A stretch of DNA of 63,295 nt, filler included, from Stramenopiles sp. TOSAG23-3 (taxonomy: Eukaryota), in assembly GCA_900128585.1 (NCBI GenBank). It is 9 parts of 9 records of this genome, joined end to end, with 100 filler letters (N's around TTAATTAATTAA, not from the genome) between each part and the next. Parts side by side here need not be neighbours in the genome. Positions count along the whole stretch, not along the records: positions 42,288 to 49,226 come from LT643229.1; positions 49,327 to 56,261 come from LT643230.1; positions 56,362 to 63,295 come from LT643231.1; 6 more parts are not named here. One strand, written 5' to 3'. Positions 44,265 to 56,419 of this stretch are shown piece by piece (position 1 is the first letter of the stretch; the number at the start of each line of letters is the position of its first letter). The position numbers were made by a program, and so were the translations under genes. The notes under the pieces were generated by a model. The model had not been told where the DNA came from. It searched no databases and worked only from the letters and a program-made list of their open reading frames with translations.

Positions 44265-47200
44265 ATGCGAAAGGCGACGAGACGGGGTAGTATGTACTGG
44301 TTGTTGGCTGTCTTGTGCAGTTTGATCTTTCTGTATAGGGTTAGAGGTTTGCTCGATGGTGGTGGGGTTAATGTTGGTGTGACGTGCACAGTCGAATACC
44401 TGGAACTTACATGCCCTAGTACAACTGGTGATACTGCCGGTTTGCACGGCATGCCGGCCGGAGGCGACAAGGTGACAGAAGGTTGTACAAAACAATTTTA
44501 TTTTGGATTGTTGGCAACCCCCACTGATGGTATTGGGAGGGTTAATGTAAAGGTGGAGACTGTACCAAATGTGTGCACAGTCAAGGACCTTGAACAAGAT
44601 AGGTATGTAAGCAGTAAAACATTCTCACTAACCCGAATTGGGGATGATTTTTCTTGCGCACTTCTTGATATAAAAGCAGTGGATAATGACATAGATGAAG
44701 GAGTTGCTGGCCTGGCTTGTCAACTTACGGTTACTGTTACCGCGCAGTCCGGGAATTATTCGCAACTTGACATTGTATACACACTCCAAGTTGAAAACGA
44801 CGATACTGCAGGTTTTTTCATGTCTACGATTGAACGTGAAAACTATGCTGCAACGTTACCAAACGAAGCCCAAGAAAATAGTGAATTTTTTCAAGACTCT
44901 TACGAAGTTCAATTCTTGAACTTTTACATTGAAGAGGGTGAAATAGCAGCGTACGGTGTAAAGCTTAACTCTGAGCCTACAGCAAACGTCAAAATTATAC
45001 CGAACGTTACCCTGCTGCAGGACGGAAACAGCACCCTCCTTGAGCCCCCAAGCCTCACAGTAACTCCCTCCGAACTTACATTCAGTAGCACAAATTGGAG
45101 CATCCATCGAAAGGTCACGTTAGAAAATGTAGACAACAAAGTTCACCACGGCATGAACCGCTTTGAGATTCTCCACAAGATGGAGACAATGGATATGACG
45201 TACAACATGAAAATGTTCAATAAAAAAGTCCTGGCCGTCGTCGAGGCCGCGAACGATGACACGGCCGGGGTGGAGCGGGCCGAGACTGGAACACTGACAT
45301 TGAAGGAGGGGGTCACTGGCTACAAGTATGTAAATATTACCAAACTCAGTTCCCAGCCGGTTGCAGACGTCACTATAGTTGTGGACGTCGATTCAGTTGA
45401 CCACCAAAACAAATTCAATCTTAGTAGCGGGAGCATCACCGTGTTGAAAAGTGATTGGAAAAGCGTCGGGCAAACCATCGGTTTCCAGGCATTGGATGGT
45501 GCACCAGATGGGGACCCGCAAATTAAGCTAAGAATCGTCTCAGACGATCCAAACTACAATAACCTGGCCAGCATTCCGGTTGCAGCGAACGTGGTGGCTA
45601 CAATGGGGACAATAAGTGGATCCCCAAACGGGATCGTTGAATTGAATGAAGGGACCGGTAACATGGATGATGTTGGGCCTGCCCTTGCGTACACGGTTAA
45701 GATAGCAGATGAAAGCCCTGTTCCAGCCCACGATGTAACGATTGAATTGCAGCTGACAGGTGAGTGTACATTACCTTTCAAAAGTTTTAATCTGAGTGAT
45801 GCTAAACGGCAGGAGATAGTTAAGATTGGGTATGAAGGCGACGACATAGACCAGGGGGAGGAAGTGTTGGGGAAGGAGAAACAGGTGGGTTTTTGTATCA
45901 TTTCTCACACGGTCAGCAGTCATGACCCCAAATACAATGACCTGGATGTCGCCGATTTGACAGTGAAGATTATAGACGACGACACCGCAGACGTAAACCT
46001 GTACACCCTTTCCCCGGACAAGTACGACAAAATTTCCCTTCAACCTAGCGATTGGGATGGCTCTTACAAAGTCAAATTTTTGAACTTCTTCTGTCCAGAA
46101 GGGGGCATGGTCGCGTACGGGGTAAGGCTGGACACGCAACCCACCGCAGACGTCATCATCAAGCCCAACATAACGCTGAATCAGCCGGACGAGAACAGCA
46201 CCATTCTTTTCCCGCCAAGCCTTCAGGCCGACCCGGCCGAGCTCACGTTCACTTCGGGAAACTGGAACGACTACCAGCGTGTCAAACTAACGTGCACACC
46301 AAACGATGTCGACCACGACAACAACCGGTTTCAAGTAGTCCACGATATCGAAACGACCGACCTGCAGTACAAGGCGCTACAATACGAGATCCTTTCAATG
46401 GTGGACGCCGCCGACGACGATACAGCGGGGGTGGCGTTGGTTTCAAACGTTGCGCTTTCGTTGCAAGAGGCTGCGGCTCAGTTTGCATATGCCCCTATAG
46501 CCCACTTTGATTCTCAGCCGGTCGCGGACGTCACCGTAATTGTAAATATCAGCTCTGCGGAGCACAGAAGCAAAATAGCAACCGATCCTGCCGACGGCAC
46601 TATCACCATAGCAAAAGAAAACTGGGACACCCACACCGGGCAAATAGGCTTCAAGGCCTTGTCGGGAGCCTTGCCGAACGACCCAGGGATAAGCTTCCGA
46701 ATGGTATCGGATGACCCAAAGTACCAGTACCCTGCGTTGCCCGAGGTAACGGTGGCTGCCAACATAGTGGTACTAGCAGCCAACAGCACTGGGCATATGG
46801 AGTTCAACGCCCAGTCCACGGGTTACAAGCAGTACCCCGGCGACTTGTCCGTTAATGAAAACCAAACAGTCAAATACGAGCTGCGATTGGCGCAGAGCGT
46901 GATTCGAACCAAAGACGTCACTGTCGACATAAGCGTAGCGCCGACGAACGGCTTCAGCTGTTCCGTAAGCCCGTCCGTAAGTCGCCCCCTTTTCGCCTTT
47001 GCCCATACATACTCCTCCAACACTCCCGCTAACCTTTACCTTTTCTCACCATTTTCGACCAACACAGTCGTACACGTTTGAACACAAGGGAAACGATACT
47101 TCGAACAACGCAGACTCTCAGGAAATTACGGTAACGACGGACGGAAATTCCATCGACGATGCCACCGACGTTCTGTTCGGGTGCCCAATTACCCACACCG

Positions 47201-49226
47201 TCACCTCGGACGACCCTGGGTACATAACCCACAATGACGTTTCGTTCACTGTCAACGTCCTGGACGACGACCTGGCTGACGTTTTTTTGTGGACCATCAG
47301 CCCCGACGAGTACGAGACCAGCACCGTGGACTACAGCGAATCGTACAGCGTCAAGTTCTTGCCGTTTTACAACGAAGAGAACGGCACGGTGGCGTACGCG
47401 GTGCGGCTGGAGACAGAACCCACCGCAGACGTTACGGTCCAACCAAAAGTTACGCTGCTAAACACCACAAACCTTCTGGAACCTCCGACCCTGTTCGCCA
47501 CGCCGGAGTCGCTAACATTCACCTCCTCCAATTGGAACACGCGCCAACGCATTTCGCTGCGTTCGGTAGGAGACAATGTTGACCACGATATGGAACGGTT
47601 CCAAATCGACCATACCATTACCACAATCGACTCGGTATTTCAGGCCAGGGCAGACCTGAAAGCCATTGTGGCCGTGTGCGACGTCTCCGACGACGACACG
47701 GTCGGGATCGTATTGGAGGAAAACGTTGGGGTCACCCTTCGGGCCGGAAACTCCAAATGGATCAAAATCGTTCGCCTGGCGTCGATGCCTACCGACGATG
47801 TCACGATCCGTGTGGACATTACGTCGACGGGCCACGTTGGTGACGTCACGGCGACCCCCAGCGAATTTCTCGTGCCGCAGCACGCTTGGAACAACGTGAA
47901 CCGTACCATAACGCTCTCCGTCGTCGCCAGCGCGCCGACAAAGGGGGACCCGAAGATCCAAGTTCGCGCGATTTCGTCGGATGCCAAGTACAACACGATG
48001 TCCCGTGTAAACATCATCGCAACGGTTGCCACGGCGGAGGACAAGCCGGAGGTCAGCATTTTGAAAGGGCCAGCAAAGCATTCCCCAGAGAAAGCCGACT
48101 GGCATTTTACGGTGTCCTCGAACGACACTATAAGTCGACTGATGGGCTCCTTGGACGGCGCCCCCTCTAAAGAACTGGACTGTTCGTCGTTCACTTCCTG
48201 CGGCCACAGCATTTCCCAATTCCTGAGGGAGGGCTCGCACACTTTTGGGGTCCGGGCAATTTCCACTATTGGGGTGGAAGGAGACGAAGAGCGGTACGAG
48301 TGGGAGGTGGCGCACTGCAACGATGCCGTCAAAGCCGGTCTCGTGGACCAGTACGCAAAAATAGAGGGAGACGGGACCCTTACGTGCATCGACTGCCCAC
48401 ACCAAGTCGGCGCGAACTGCAAAACGATGGACGCCAAATGGGAGGACGTGTACGCCAACGTTGGCTGGTGGACCGCTGGCACGCGGGCCGACACCTTTTA
48501 CAAGTGCCCGTACAAGAGTTCGTGCATTGGGGGTCTAGCGTCGACGGAGAACGGGACCTCCAAGAGCAGGTGCGAGGAAGGGTACAGTGGCCCCGTGTGC
48601 GCCGTGTGCGCCAAAGGGTACTTTCTGTCGGAAGAAGTATGCCTTACATGCCCAGAGTCCAGCGGGGCATCGACGACCACGGTGGTTTTGGTGTTTGGGG
48701 GGGTGCTGGGGGGGTTCTTCCTCATGCTGCTGAACCAGATGCGCGTAAAGACCTCCACGTACTACTGGGTGGCTGTGAAGCAGAGTGGGGGGAAAAAGAA
48801 GAAAACGGGGCTGGACCGGAAAACGATGAAGAAGATTCGTATCTTTGCAAGGTTTGCCAAGACGACGGTGAAGACGTTCATTACGTACTTGCAAATTTTG
48901 AGCGTGTCGGACAGCGCGTTCAAGATCCCATGGCCGAAAGGGTTTTTGACCTTTCTCCGCTACCTGGTGCCGATCAACCTTGACTTTTTCTCCCTTTCCG
49001 GGCTCGGGTGCATCATGGAGTACAAGTTCTACGACAGCCACCAATTCATGATGTTGGTCCCCCCCTTTATTTTGACGTTCGTCTACCTGGCGTACTTCAT
49101 AGGCCTGCAGCGCCACCGAAAGTACTACAAAGGCAAGTTCACCAAAGGGATGCAAACCGCGTACGCGAACCAAGTTATTCAGTTCACGATGTGGATCACA
49201 ATCCTTGTGTACCCGGCCTTGAGCAG
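44265..49226 (+). CDS. Large cell-surface protein (>1600 aa): three ~390-aa beta-rich repeats, Cys-rich region, multi-TM tail; join(44265..46976,47068..>49226)
   Basis: Repeated DDTA..., Y.V.L..(E/Q)PTA.V and P.(E/S)LTF.S.NW motifs (Calx-beta/cadherin-like); CEEGYSGPVCAVC; TM segments. Intron 46977-47067: GTAAGT...GCTAAC...ACAG. Confidence 0.85.
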
Positions 49227-50139
49227 NNNNNNNNNNNNNNNNNNNNNNNNNNNNNNNNNNNNNNNNNNNNTTAATTAATTAANNNNNNNNNNNNNNNNNN
49301 NNNNNNNNNNNNNNNNNNNNNNNNNNAATTGGAATCTTGACCAGAACTTGGGGAGGATCTGCAATAGGAGGAGACATTGTTCTTGAACTGACACCTTCTT
49401 TTTTTTCTTTAATTTTTTGGTTTTTTTTTAATTACTATAAAATAACAGCCATTTTTTCTTGTTTTATCTACAGGTACTTCCGCTGAGTCTAACCGAGTGA
49501 TTCACCTGCCGGAGTTTCCAAAACTTGGACCGAATTTCAGGGACGCTGATCAATCTATCCCCCCAACATCGCAAGAGTCGAACAGATCCAGGCAATCAAA
49601 AAACAATTCTAGCCGCTGTTTGATTTTTGGTAATAAAGGGGAGATTGATTCTTCAAGTGACTCTGGTGGGTTTGGCAAAGAAGTAGTCTACTCGCAAGAG
49701 TCTCCAAAGAAAGATGAAACTTTCAGGGACTTTGACTGGGAGAAGAATCGATTTGTTGAATTCAGATCACCTCTATATCAAAAACAAAAACATTATATCA
49801 CTTGGTAAAAGTTCATTCGAATATAACACTCGACACACAACGAAAAAAGAAAATAATTGTGATATTAAAGAGAGCGTCTTAAATCACACTATTTATAATT
49901 TGTTTTTTAGAGTAATTAAAATTTAGCTTCCTCATATTACCGCGAAAATGAATCTACTCAGACTCGGCTTTTGCCCATTATTAGAGGTTTACATTCCTTC
50001 ATGTACTGCACGAATAAGTTCAAAATTCTTTAAAAAAGACTTCTTGGCATTTTTATTCTCGTAAGATTCTTAAGTTTTACGAATTCTTATTCATAAGATA
50101 ACTTTTTTAAAATTTATAAAACCCTAAAATTCTTAATTT

Positions 50140-51396
50140 TTACGAAGTAAACACTGTCGCAAATGTTGTCTCGTCTCGCTCAATAAGTGGAATCGACATA
50201 CTCTCCTCCCTTCGATTTCCTTCGCTATCTGGAGACCTTGTAAGCGGCGCTGGATAAACTGGTTGCCGTGCATCTTTCCACCTGTAAAAGTGCAGCGGGA
50301 CTGACGGGAGGCACCCGCTCTGTTTGTCGGTCAAATCTACCAAGGGGAGTTCGTTGGCAATCATATCGTACTTGGTGGAAGGCCCATAAGCGCCATACAA
50401 GTGGGCTAACCGCAAGTTGCGGTTGAAGAACGCAACCATTTCAAAGCAATTTTCGTCTTCGCCCAAAGGGTTGGTAAAGGTCTGCCCGACTCTGAGCGCG
50501 CCAATGTACACAACAAACTCCATGACCGTAAATAGTGGGAACAGGAAGGTTGGCTCGTTTGACTGGTTTTGCTGTGCAACCAAGGCTACCACAAAATATG
50601 AGTAAACCACGAGCGTCACCAACTGGCTCAAGAGAAGAGGGAATGGAAAGTAGACCTCAAACAGCAAGCTACCGTACTGGCTGCGGTAATCGTGCAGCGC
50701 CTTCATCGCCAATTCAACAATAGTGGGGTAAGCCTCTCCTGCACTTTTGTTCGGCATAACCTGGTTTTCTAAAAATGCTCTCCTGAGCGTCATTGTTGCC
50801 CAAGCAATTGGGACAAAGCTAACCTCTCCTGGGTACGGGTACTCCGATATCCGGTCCCGCATTCGCTGCGTCTCTTCGCTCGTCAATAGGCCAAGCTTGA
50901 CCATAGACTCCCAAGGCTTCGGGTATCTTCGTTGAAACATTTTGCTCGAAGCGTGATAACACTGGAACGTTGTAGCAAGAATGTACCGAAATATGGTTTG
51001 CTTGAGAAGGTGCCCCCTGGCCCTGTCTTTTCCGCTGCTGCCCACAACAGAATTGATGGCAATGAACGTAGAATCAGGAAACGGGATCGCAAAGAAAATG
51101 CGCCGTGCTCTGCTGTATATTTCTTGGTAATAGTAAACCAGCATAAATCCAAGCATAACACGAATTGACCCCTGGTACAACCTGAAACTTTTCACGTACT
51201 TGTCGAAGTCGGTGCTCTTTGCCACAAAATTAAAATTCGAGGACGCTCCCCACACTATGTACCACATCAATATGAAGGCTGCCAGTTCGACGCCAACAAG
51301 CTTGTAAATCCCTCCCGTCCATCGGCAGACAACCGTTTTCCACCACCCCAAACTTGAAAACCGTGGCGGCACCTGATTTGCATACGGGACAGTCAT
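50140..51396 (-). CDS. Bestrophin, animal-type family
   Basis: MTVPY, RWTGGIYK, LGF, IFRY, GLLT.EE, PFPLLLSQLVT, FPLFTVMEF, NPLGED...FE. Confidence 0.9.
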   Translation of the reverse strand: MTVPYANQVPPRFSSLGWWKTVVCRWTGGIYKLVGVELAAFILMWYIVWGASSNFNFVAKSTDFDKYVKSFRLYQGSIRVMLGFMLVYYYQEIYSRARRIFFAIPFPDSTFIAINSVVGSSGKDRARGHLLKQTIFRYILATTFQCYHASSKMFQRRYPKPWESMVKLGLLTSEETQRMRDRISEYPYPGEVSFVPIAWATMTLRRAFLENQVMPNKSAGEAYPTIVELAMKALHDYRSQYGSLLFEVYFPFPLLLSQLVTLVVYSYFVVALVAQQNQSNEPTFLFPLFTVMEFVVYIGALRVGQTFTNPLGEDENCFEMVAFFNRNLRLAHLYGAYGPSTKYDMIANELPLVDLTDKQSGCLPSVPLHFYRWKDARQPVYPAPLTRSPDSEGNRREESMSIPLIERDETTFATVFTS

Positions 51397-51965
51397 TGCG
51401 AAAAAGAACAACCCGTACGTAGGTAGATCAAGATAGTTCTTGAACTGACACCTTCTTTTTTCTTTTTATACATATTTTAAATACATAAATAACCGCCAGT
51501 ATTTTGTTTTTATAAATTCAAGTTGCTGTTTGAACTCGATTATGGTCTATAATACGTACGTTCAATCATTATTTCTTCGACGAAAAAAAGGGAAAAAAAA
51601 CAAGAACAACAATTAAAAAAAAAGGCAAAAAAGGCGCAGGAGGGAGGAGGGGAGGGGAGGGGAGGGGGAGGGGTAATAATAAAATAATTTAAAATATTTC
51701 CTTTTCTCTTCTTCTTCTTCTTCTTCTATTCATTCGTCTATTTCTATTTCTATTTTTTCTTCCTCCCTTTTTTTCTTCTTCTTCTTCATTGTGGTGGGGG
51801 TGCAGGGACTTGCAAACAAAGAATTATTTGTAATATGTGACATTGCTTTTTTTTTATTTTATTTATGATTGAACATAATTGGTGGTGGTAGTAGTTCATG
51901 GTGCTGGTGGTGAAATAAAATTATTTTTGAACCGTTCTTTGGAGGTTTTGAAGGGTGGACGGACG

Positions 51966-53447
51966 ATGTTTGTTGCGTTCTATTTACTGGTCCTGGCCAC
52001 GCTTTTGGGTGTATGCAGTGCGCTGCATGAGGCCGAAATCGTCTCCCCGTGCCCTTTGAAATCGAAGGAACGTTTGCTGAAAAATTGTGCGACGACAAAA
52101 AAAGTTCTTGAGTTCAGGGTGTTCTGGGACGAAGACGCGGAAGAGGAGGACGTGTGGGAGTCCGAAGAGGACGACGACGACGACGTTTTGGCAGAGGACG
52201 ATTTTTCCCTGGAAGCGCCGACTTTTCATTTTTACCTGGATGGGCACCTTATCCGAAAGTTTGACTACGCGGTGTTTCGTTCTAAAAAGGGTAGGCTGGG
52301 GCAATACCGGTACTTGCTTTTGCAGATCGAAAACATGGCAATCGGCCGACACAAATGTGAAATTTTTCTCATCAGCTCCGTGGGAGGCAAGGGGCGAAAA
52401 ACGCTCGCCCAAGATAGCCTTGACTTTAGCATTTTAGAAGTCTTTGACGCGAAAGCCCTTGAAGAGCTGGATGTCCCAGTGGATAGTGGGGACGGGTATG
52501 GAGGAGATGAACAGAGTGCTGCAGAGGACGATGAATTCAACAGGAGCATGGTGGAAATCGTGTATCCAACCCACGGGGCATGGGTTTCCCATCACAACGT
52601 TATTGTGCGGTTCAACCTGGACGATGCGAAGATTGGCAAAGGGTCCGTCAAGCCTCGGATTTTCGTTGATGGTACGTTTCACGATGCGGGAAAACTCAAG
52701 AATGGTGTAGCGACCATCGACATGAACGCCCATCAATTGCTGGTACGAAACTTGGAAGTCAAGAAGCACAACGCGTCTGCATATTTGATCGACACGGCAA
52801 CAAACGCCGAGCTTGCGTCGCACCACATTACGTTTTTCACCAAGCTGAACCCGCGGTACTCGGCACACGCGGGCGTGTTTTCAAAAGAGGAGTGTCGAAA
52901 AATCATAGCTCTGGCGAAAAAGTCAGGTTTCAAGGATGCTACGGTCGGCGAAGGGAACAATGGGAATGGGCAGCCAAACGCACGTTACCGCAAGGCGAAG
53001 GTTTCCTTCCTTAACGTTCGCAGCGAAGCCTCACGGTGGGTTTACGAACGCCTCGAAAATGTCGCCAAGGCGATCAATGGGGTGAATTGGAGGTTCAAGC
53101 TTGGCCCATCTGTCTTGAGCCGAACGGCGTGCAGGATGATGGAGACCATACAAGTCATGAAGTACACTGGTACGGACGGGGGTTTTTACGATTTTCATAT
53201 CGACAGTGGGCTTTACACCTCCACTGCGTTTCGCAAACTGAGTCTAACCGTGCAGCTGTCGTCGTCGACTGCGTACGATGGAGGGCGCCTCATCCTCAAG
53301 TACGGCCGGGAGGACGAAACAATGCCTACCCAGCGGGGGACAGGGGTGCTCTTTCCGAGCTACATTCTGCACCGCGTTACCCCGGTAGAGCGTGGCACTC
53401 GGTACGCTCTCGTGACATGGTTCAGGGGTTGTGAGAGTTATGAGTAG
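51966..53447 (+). CDS. Secreted protein with C-terminal 2OG-Fe(II) oxygenase (PKHD/PiuC-type)
   Basis: Signal peptide; FYDFHID (HxD), RKLSLTVQLS, YDGG.L, FPSYILHRVTPVERGTRYALVTW. Confidence 0.85.
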   Translation: MFVAFYLLVLATLLGVCSALHEAEIVSPCPLKSKERLLKNCATTKKVLEFRVFWDEDAEEEDVWESEEDDDDDVLAEDDFSLEAPTFHFYLDGHLIRKFDYAVFRSKKGRLGQYRYLLLQIENMAIGRHKCEIFLISSVGGKGRKTLAQDSLDFSILEVFDAKALEELDVPVDSGDGYGGDEQSAAEDDEFNRSMVEIVYPTHGAWVSHHNVIVRFNLDDAKIGKGSVKPRIFVDGTFHDAGKLKNGVATIDMNAHQLLVRNLEVKKHNASAYLIDTATNAELASHHITFFTKLNPRYSAHAGVFSKEECRKIIALAKKSGFKDATVGEGNNGNGQPNARYRKAKVSFLNVRSEASRWVYERLENVAKAINGVNWRFKLGPSVLSRTACRMMETIQVMKYTGTDGGFYDFHIDSGLYTSTAFRKLSLTVQLSSSTAYDGGRLILKYGREDETMPTQRGTGVLFPSYILHRVTPVERGTRYALVTWFRGCESYE

Positions 53448-53681
53448 CAAACGTTCAACATGTGCCAAGGGATACACTTAACAAATTTTATTTCTGGATT
53501 TTGAAATTCCACACCTCCAGTACAGGGAAAACTTTAAACGGAGTAAATTTTTTAAAGAGGGAGGAGTGCTCGTATGGTGTTTGTTTGGCATTTTTATTCA
53601 GGGAGAGATTCATTTTTAAATAAGAACTTCTTAGTACATTATGGTATAATGTTATGACAAAACTGACATCCGAACGAACTC

Positions 53682-54461
53682 TCATATGAGTTTTGCGTTG
53701 AAGCTTGTCACCTCCTTCGGACTACGGTACGTTCCCAACATTCTGTCCCAGTACATAAAGAGGTGCCCGTAATTGTAGCGGAACAGCTTGTGGTGGACGT
53801 GGTGGTCGCCTGCCGTCCCAATCCCGAGCATCCGAAACACAGGATCCCACGGGTGTGAGTACTCGCTGTGAATGAGGCACAAATAATTCCCGTAGATGGT
53901 CCCAAAAGCCATGTAACTCCACACGTTGCAATGCACCAGGTTCGCCGTAAGGAACAGGGGGATCAGTATCATGAACAGGGTGTCGAAAAACGAACCGTTA
54001 AAGGCGTCGAACAGGACCGGGGCTTTAAATACGTGGTGGGGTTTGTGGCTCTGCTTGTACAGGCTGCTTAGTTTGTGCTCCGCAAAATGCATGATGGTTT
54101 GACAAAAGTCGACCAAAAGCAGCTGAGACAGCACGTGAAGGGGGCTGACGCCCCCCTCAAAAGAGTAGTACGACGCGGGCATCAAGTTGAACATCCACGT
54201 CCCCGACAAGTACGAGCCAAGGAGCACAAATCCCTCCGGCTGCGAAAGGTGTTCCAGCATTCCCTCAAAAAATGGTTTGTTCAACTGGGTATCCTTCGAC
54301 GGCTTTTGGATCAAAGGCCGTTTTATGTAACCTGACCGAAGCATGTAGTAGTACGGAATTATAATAAATATTTGCCCCAAAGCAACGGACAGCAACCCCA
54401 AGGACAGCCCGTAAGGCGACGGCCACTCACGTGGGGAAGCAGTTACACCGAACGGCGACAT
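53682..54461 (-). CDS. Fatty acid hydroxylase/sterol desaturase superfamily
   Basis: His boxes HFAEH, HKPHH, IHS, HHVHH; NYG...WDRMLGT. Confidence 0.9.
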   Translation of the reverse strand: MSPFGVTASPREWPSPYGLSLGLLSVALGQIFIIIPYYYMLRSGYIKRPLIQKPSKDTQLNKPFFEGMLEHLSQPEGFVLLGSYLSGTWMFNLMPASYYSFEGGVSPLHVLSQLLLVDFCQTIMHFAEHKLSSLYKQSHKPHHVFKAPVLFDAFNGSFFDTLFMILIPLFLTANLVHCNVWSYMAFGTIYGNYLCLIHSEYSHPWDPVFRMLGIGTAGDHHVHHKLFRYNYGHLFMYWDRMLGTYRSPKEVTSFNAKLI

Positions 54462-54677
54462 GTTACACCAACAGATGTGCCAAGAAGCAGAGAATTCAAT
54501 TTCGGACTAGAAGGCTTCCTTTTCTCTAAGTTGCTCCGCAAAAAAGCATCATAATACTATTCAAACTTGCAGTACTTTGTATATTTTTGTTAGATATTAA
54601 CTACCAAGGTATATATAAGAAAAAAGAAGAAAAAAGAGAAGAAGAAAAAAAAAAAAGAAGAAAGAAAGAAGAAAAAA

Positions 54678-54716
<39 letters not shown>

Positions 54717-54759
54717 ACGAAAGAACGAAAGAAAGAAAGAAAGAAAGAAAGAACGACGA

Positions 54760-54803
<44 letters not shown>

Positions 54804-55169
54804 AAAAAGAAAGAAAGAAAGAAAGAAAGAAAAAGACACCGACAGAGGAGAATGGGAAGGGGAAGGGAGAGAAGGGAGAAGGCAGAAAGGAAGAAGAAGA
54901 AAGAAGAAGAAGATAATAATTATTATTATTCATAGGAGATTTATTAGTAGACTATACCTTGGTATAAATAATATATTTAACTATTACGTAAATCTTATCT
55001 TCTTGTCTTCTTATTTTCGACGTTTTTTTTAAACTTTATGATTTATGGTGTTGTTGTTGTAAGCTTACTCGTACTTCGTACAGTGCGTATACGTAAAATT
55101 TTTAAGTTAATTAAAATCCCTTTTGATTCAGATGGTTTAAGAAGCTGTTCTATGAGTATCGTACAGCCT

Positions 55170-56261
55170 TTACTGCTTTGACTTATTGATTTTGGCCACT
55201 TTCGGCTCTCCGTACTTCTGAAACAATGCGCTGTTTCTTGCGTTGCTTGGCTTGGTGTAGGCGGCAAACCCATCTTCGGATGACTGAAGGGAGACCATGG
55301 AAGAAACGCTGTCGTTGTCGTCGTCCTCCTCCTCCTCGCCCAGATCCTCCTCTACGGCCGCATTTTCCTCCTCATTGGGGGCCAAGGACTTCCGGTCCCC
55401 GCGGCTCCCGACCACCGCCTCCTCTTCGGAGTCGCTCCCCTCGCCGTCGTTGGCGGCTTTGATGCCTTCCCGGAGGGACTCGATCCACTGGGCCTCCAAC
55501 TTTTCGGTCTTTGAGTAAAAATAGTAGACGCGGGCGGACGTGTCATTCGGTTGAAACAGCTTGAACGTCCATGGATGTGTCTTCTTTCGCTTAGAAGGGT
55601 CTGCGCGGGTGCACCACATACTCCTCAGGGGCACGACGCCGTTCGGCGACTTGCTGTCTGGCTGGTCGTAGTAGAGAAGGCTGGTCTGCTTCCGCACAAA
55701 CCACCGGCGGGCCCACTTGGCGTTGATTATGTCGTGGCCCTTCTTGTGCAGCCATCCCTCCGAGATGGTCGGTGCTTTTGCCGGAGGCTTCTTGACTTCC
55801 GTGACGTTTGGGCCCACGTCCAAAAGCACGGCCTCGCATTGCTCCTCCTCCACCTGCGGGGTGGCGCTGGCCCGTTTGATTCCGCCCCGAATCCATTCCA
55901 GCCACGTCCGCTCCTTCTTCGCCGTCCGGGCGTAAAGGTAGTACGTCCGGGCGGTGGCGTCCTCTAGGCTAAATACCTTAAAGGTCCACGGGTGGGTCTT
56001 CTTTCTCTTCGAAGACTCTGCCCGGGTTGCCTTCATGTCCTTGAGGAAAATTTCCCCGTTGGGGACGGAGCTTTCTGGCGTTTCGTAGTACTCCAGCCGG
56101 TCGTCCCGCATGACGAACCACCGCTTCTTCCACTTGGCGTTGAACTTGTCCGTGCCCTTCTTGTGGAGCCACCCGTGCTCGCTCCGTTCGCTCGTCACCA
56201 AGGTCTCATGGACCCCGTCGTCGCTCATCTCCAGCAGAAGCGGGGCCAAATACTCCCCGAG
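55170..56261 (-). CDS. Tandem PH-domain protein, 5' truncated
   Basis: Two near-duplicate domains GWLHKKG....AKW.(K/R)RWFV...L.YY...PNG. Confidence 0.85.
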   Translation of the reverse strand, partial: LGEYLAPLLLEMSDDGVHETLVTSERSEHGWLHKKGTDKFNAKWKKRWFVMRDDRLEYYETPESSVPNGEIFLKDMKATRAESSKRKKTHPWTFKVFSLEDATARTYYLYARTAKKERTWLEWIRGGIKRASATPQVEEEQCEAVLLDVGPNVTEVKKPPAKAPTISEGWLHKKGHDIINAKWARRWFVRKQTSLLYYDQPDSKSPNGVVPLRSMWCTRADPSKRKKTHPWTFKLFQPNDTSARVYYFYSKTEKLEAQWIESLREGIKAANDGEGSDSEEEAVVGSRGDRKSLAPNEEENAAVEEDLGEEEEDDDNDSVSSMVSLQSSEDGFAAYTKPSNARNSALFQKYGEPKVAKINKSKQ

Positions 56262-56419
56262 NNNNNNNNNNNNNNNNNNNNNNNNNNNNNNNNNNNNNNN
56301 NNNNNTTAATTAATTAANNNNNNNNNNNNNNNNNNNNNNNNNNNNNNNNNNNNNNNNNNNNCTTCAGCATGACCTTCTCGTGCTGCAGTGCGCGCACGCG
56401 CTTCATCGCCTCGATGTTC

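Noticed and set aside
6953-56361. TTAATTAATTAA recurring every ~7 kb as a biological repeat; gene neighbourhoods across it
   Set aside because: Artificial N-flanked linker. Adjacency across linkers has no meaning.
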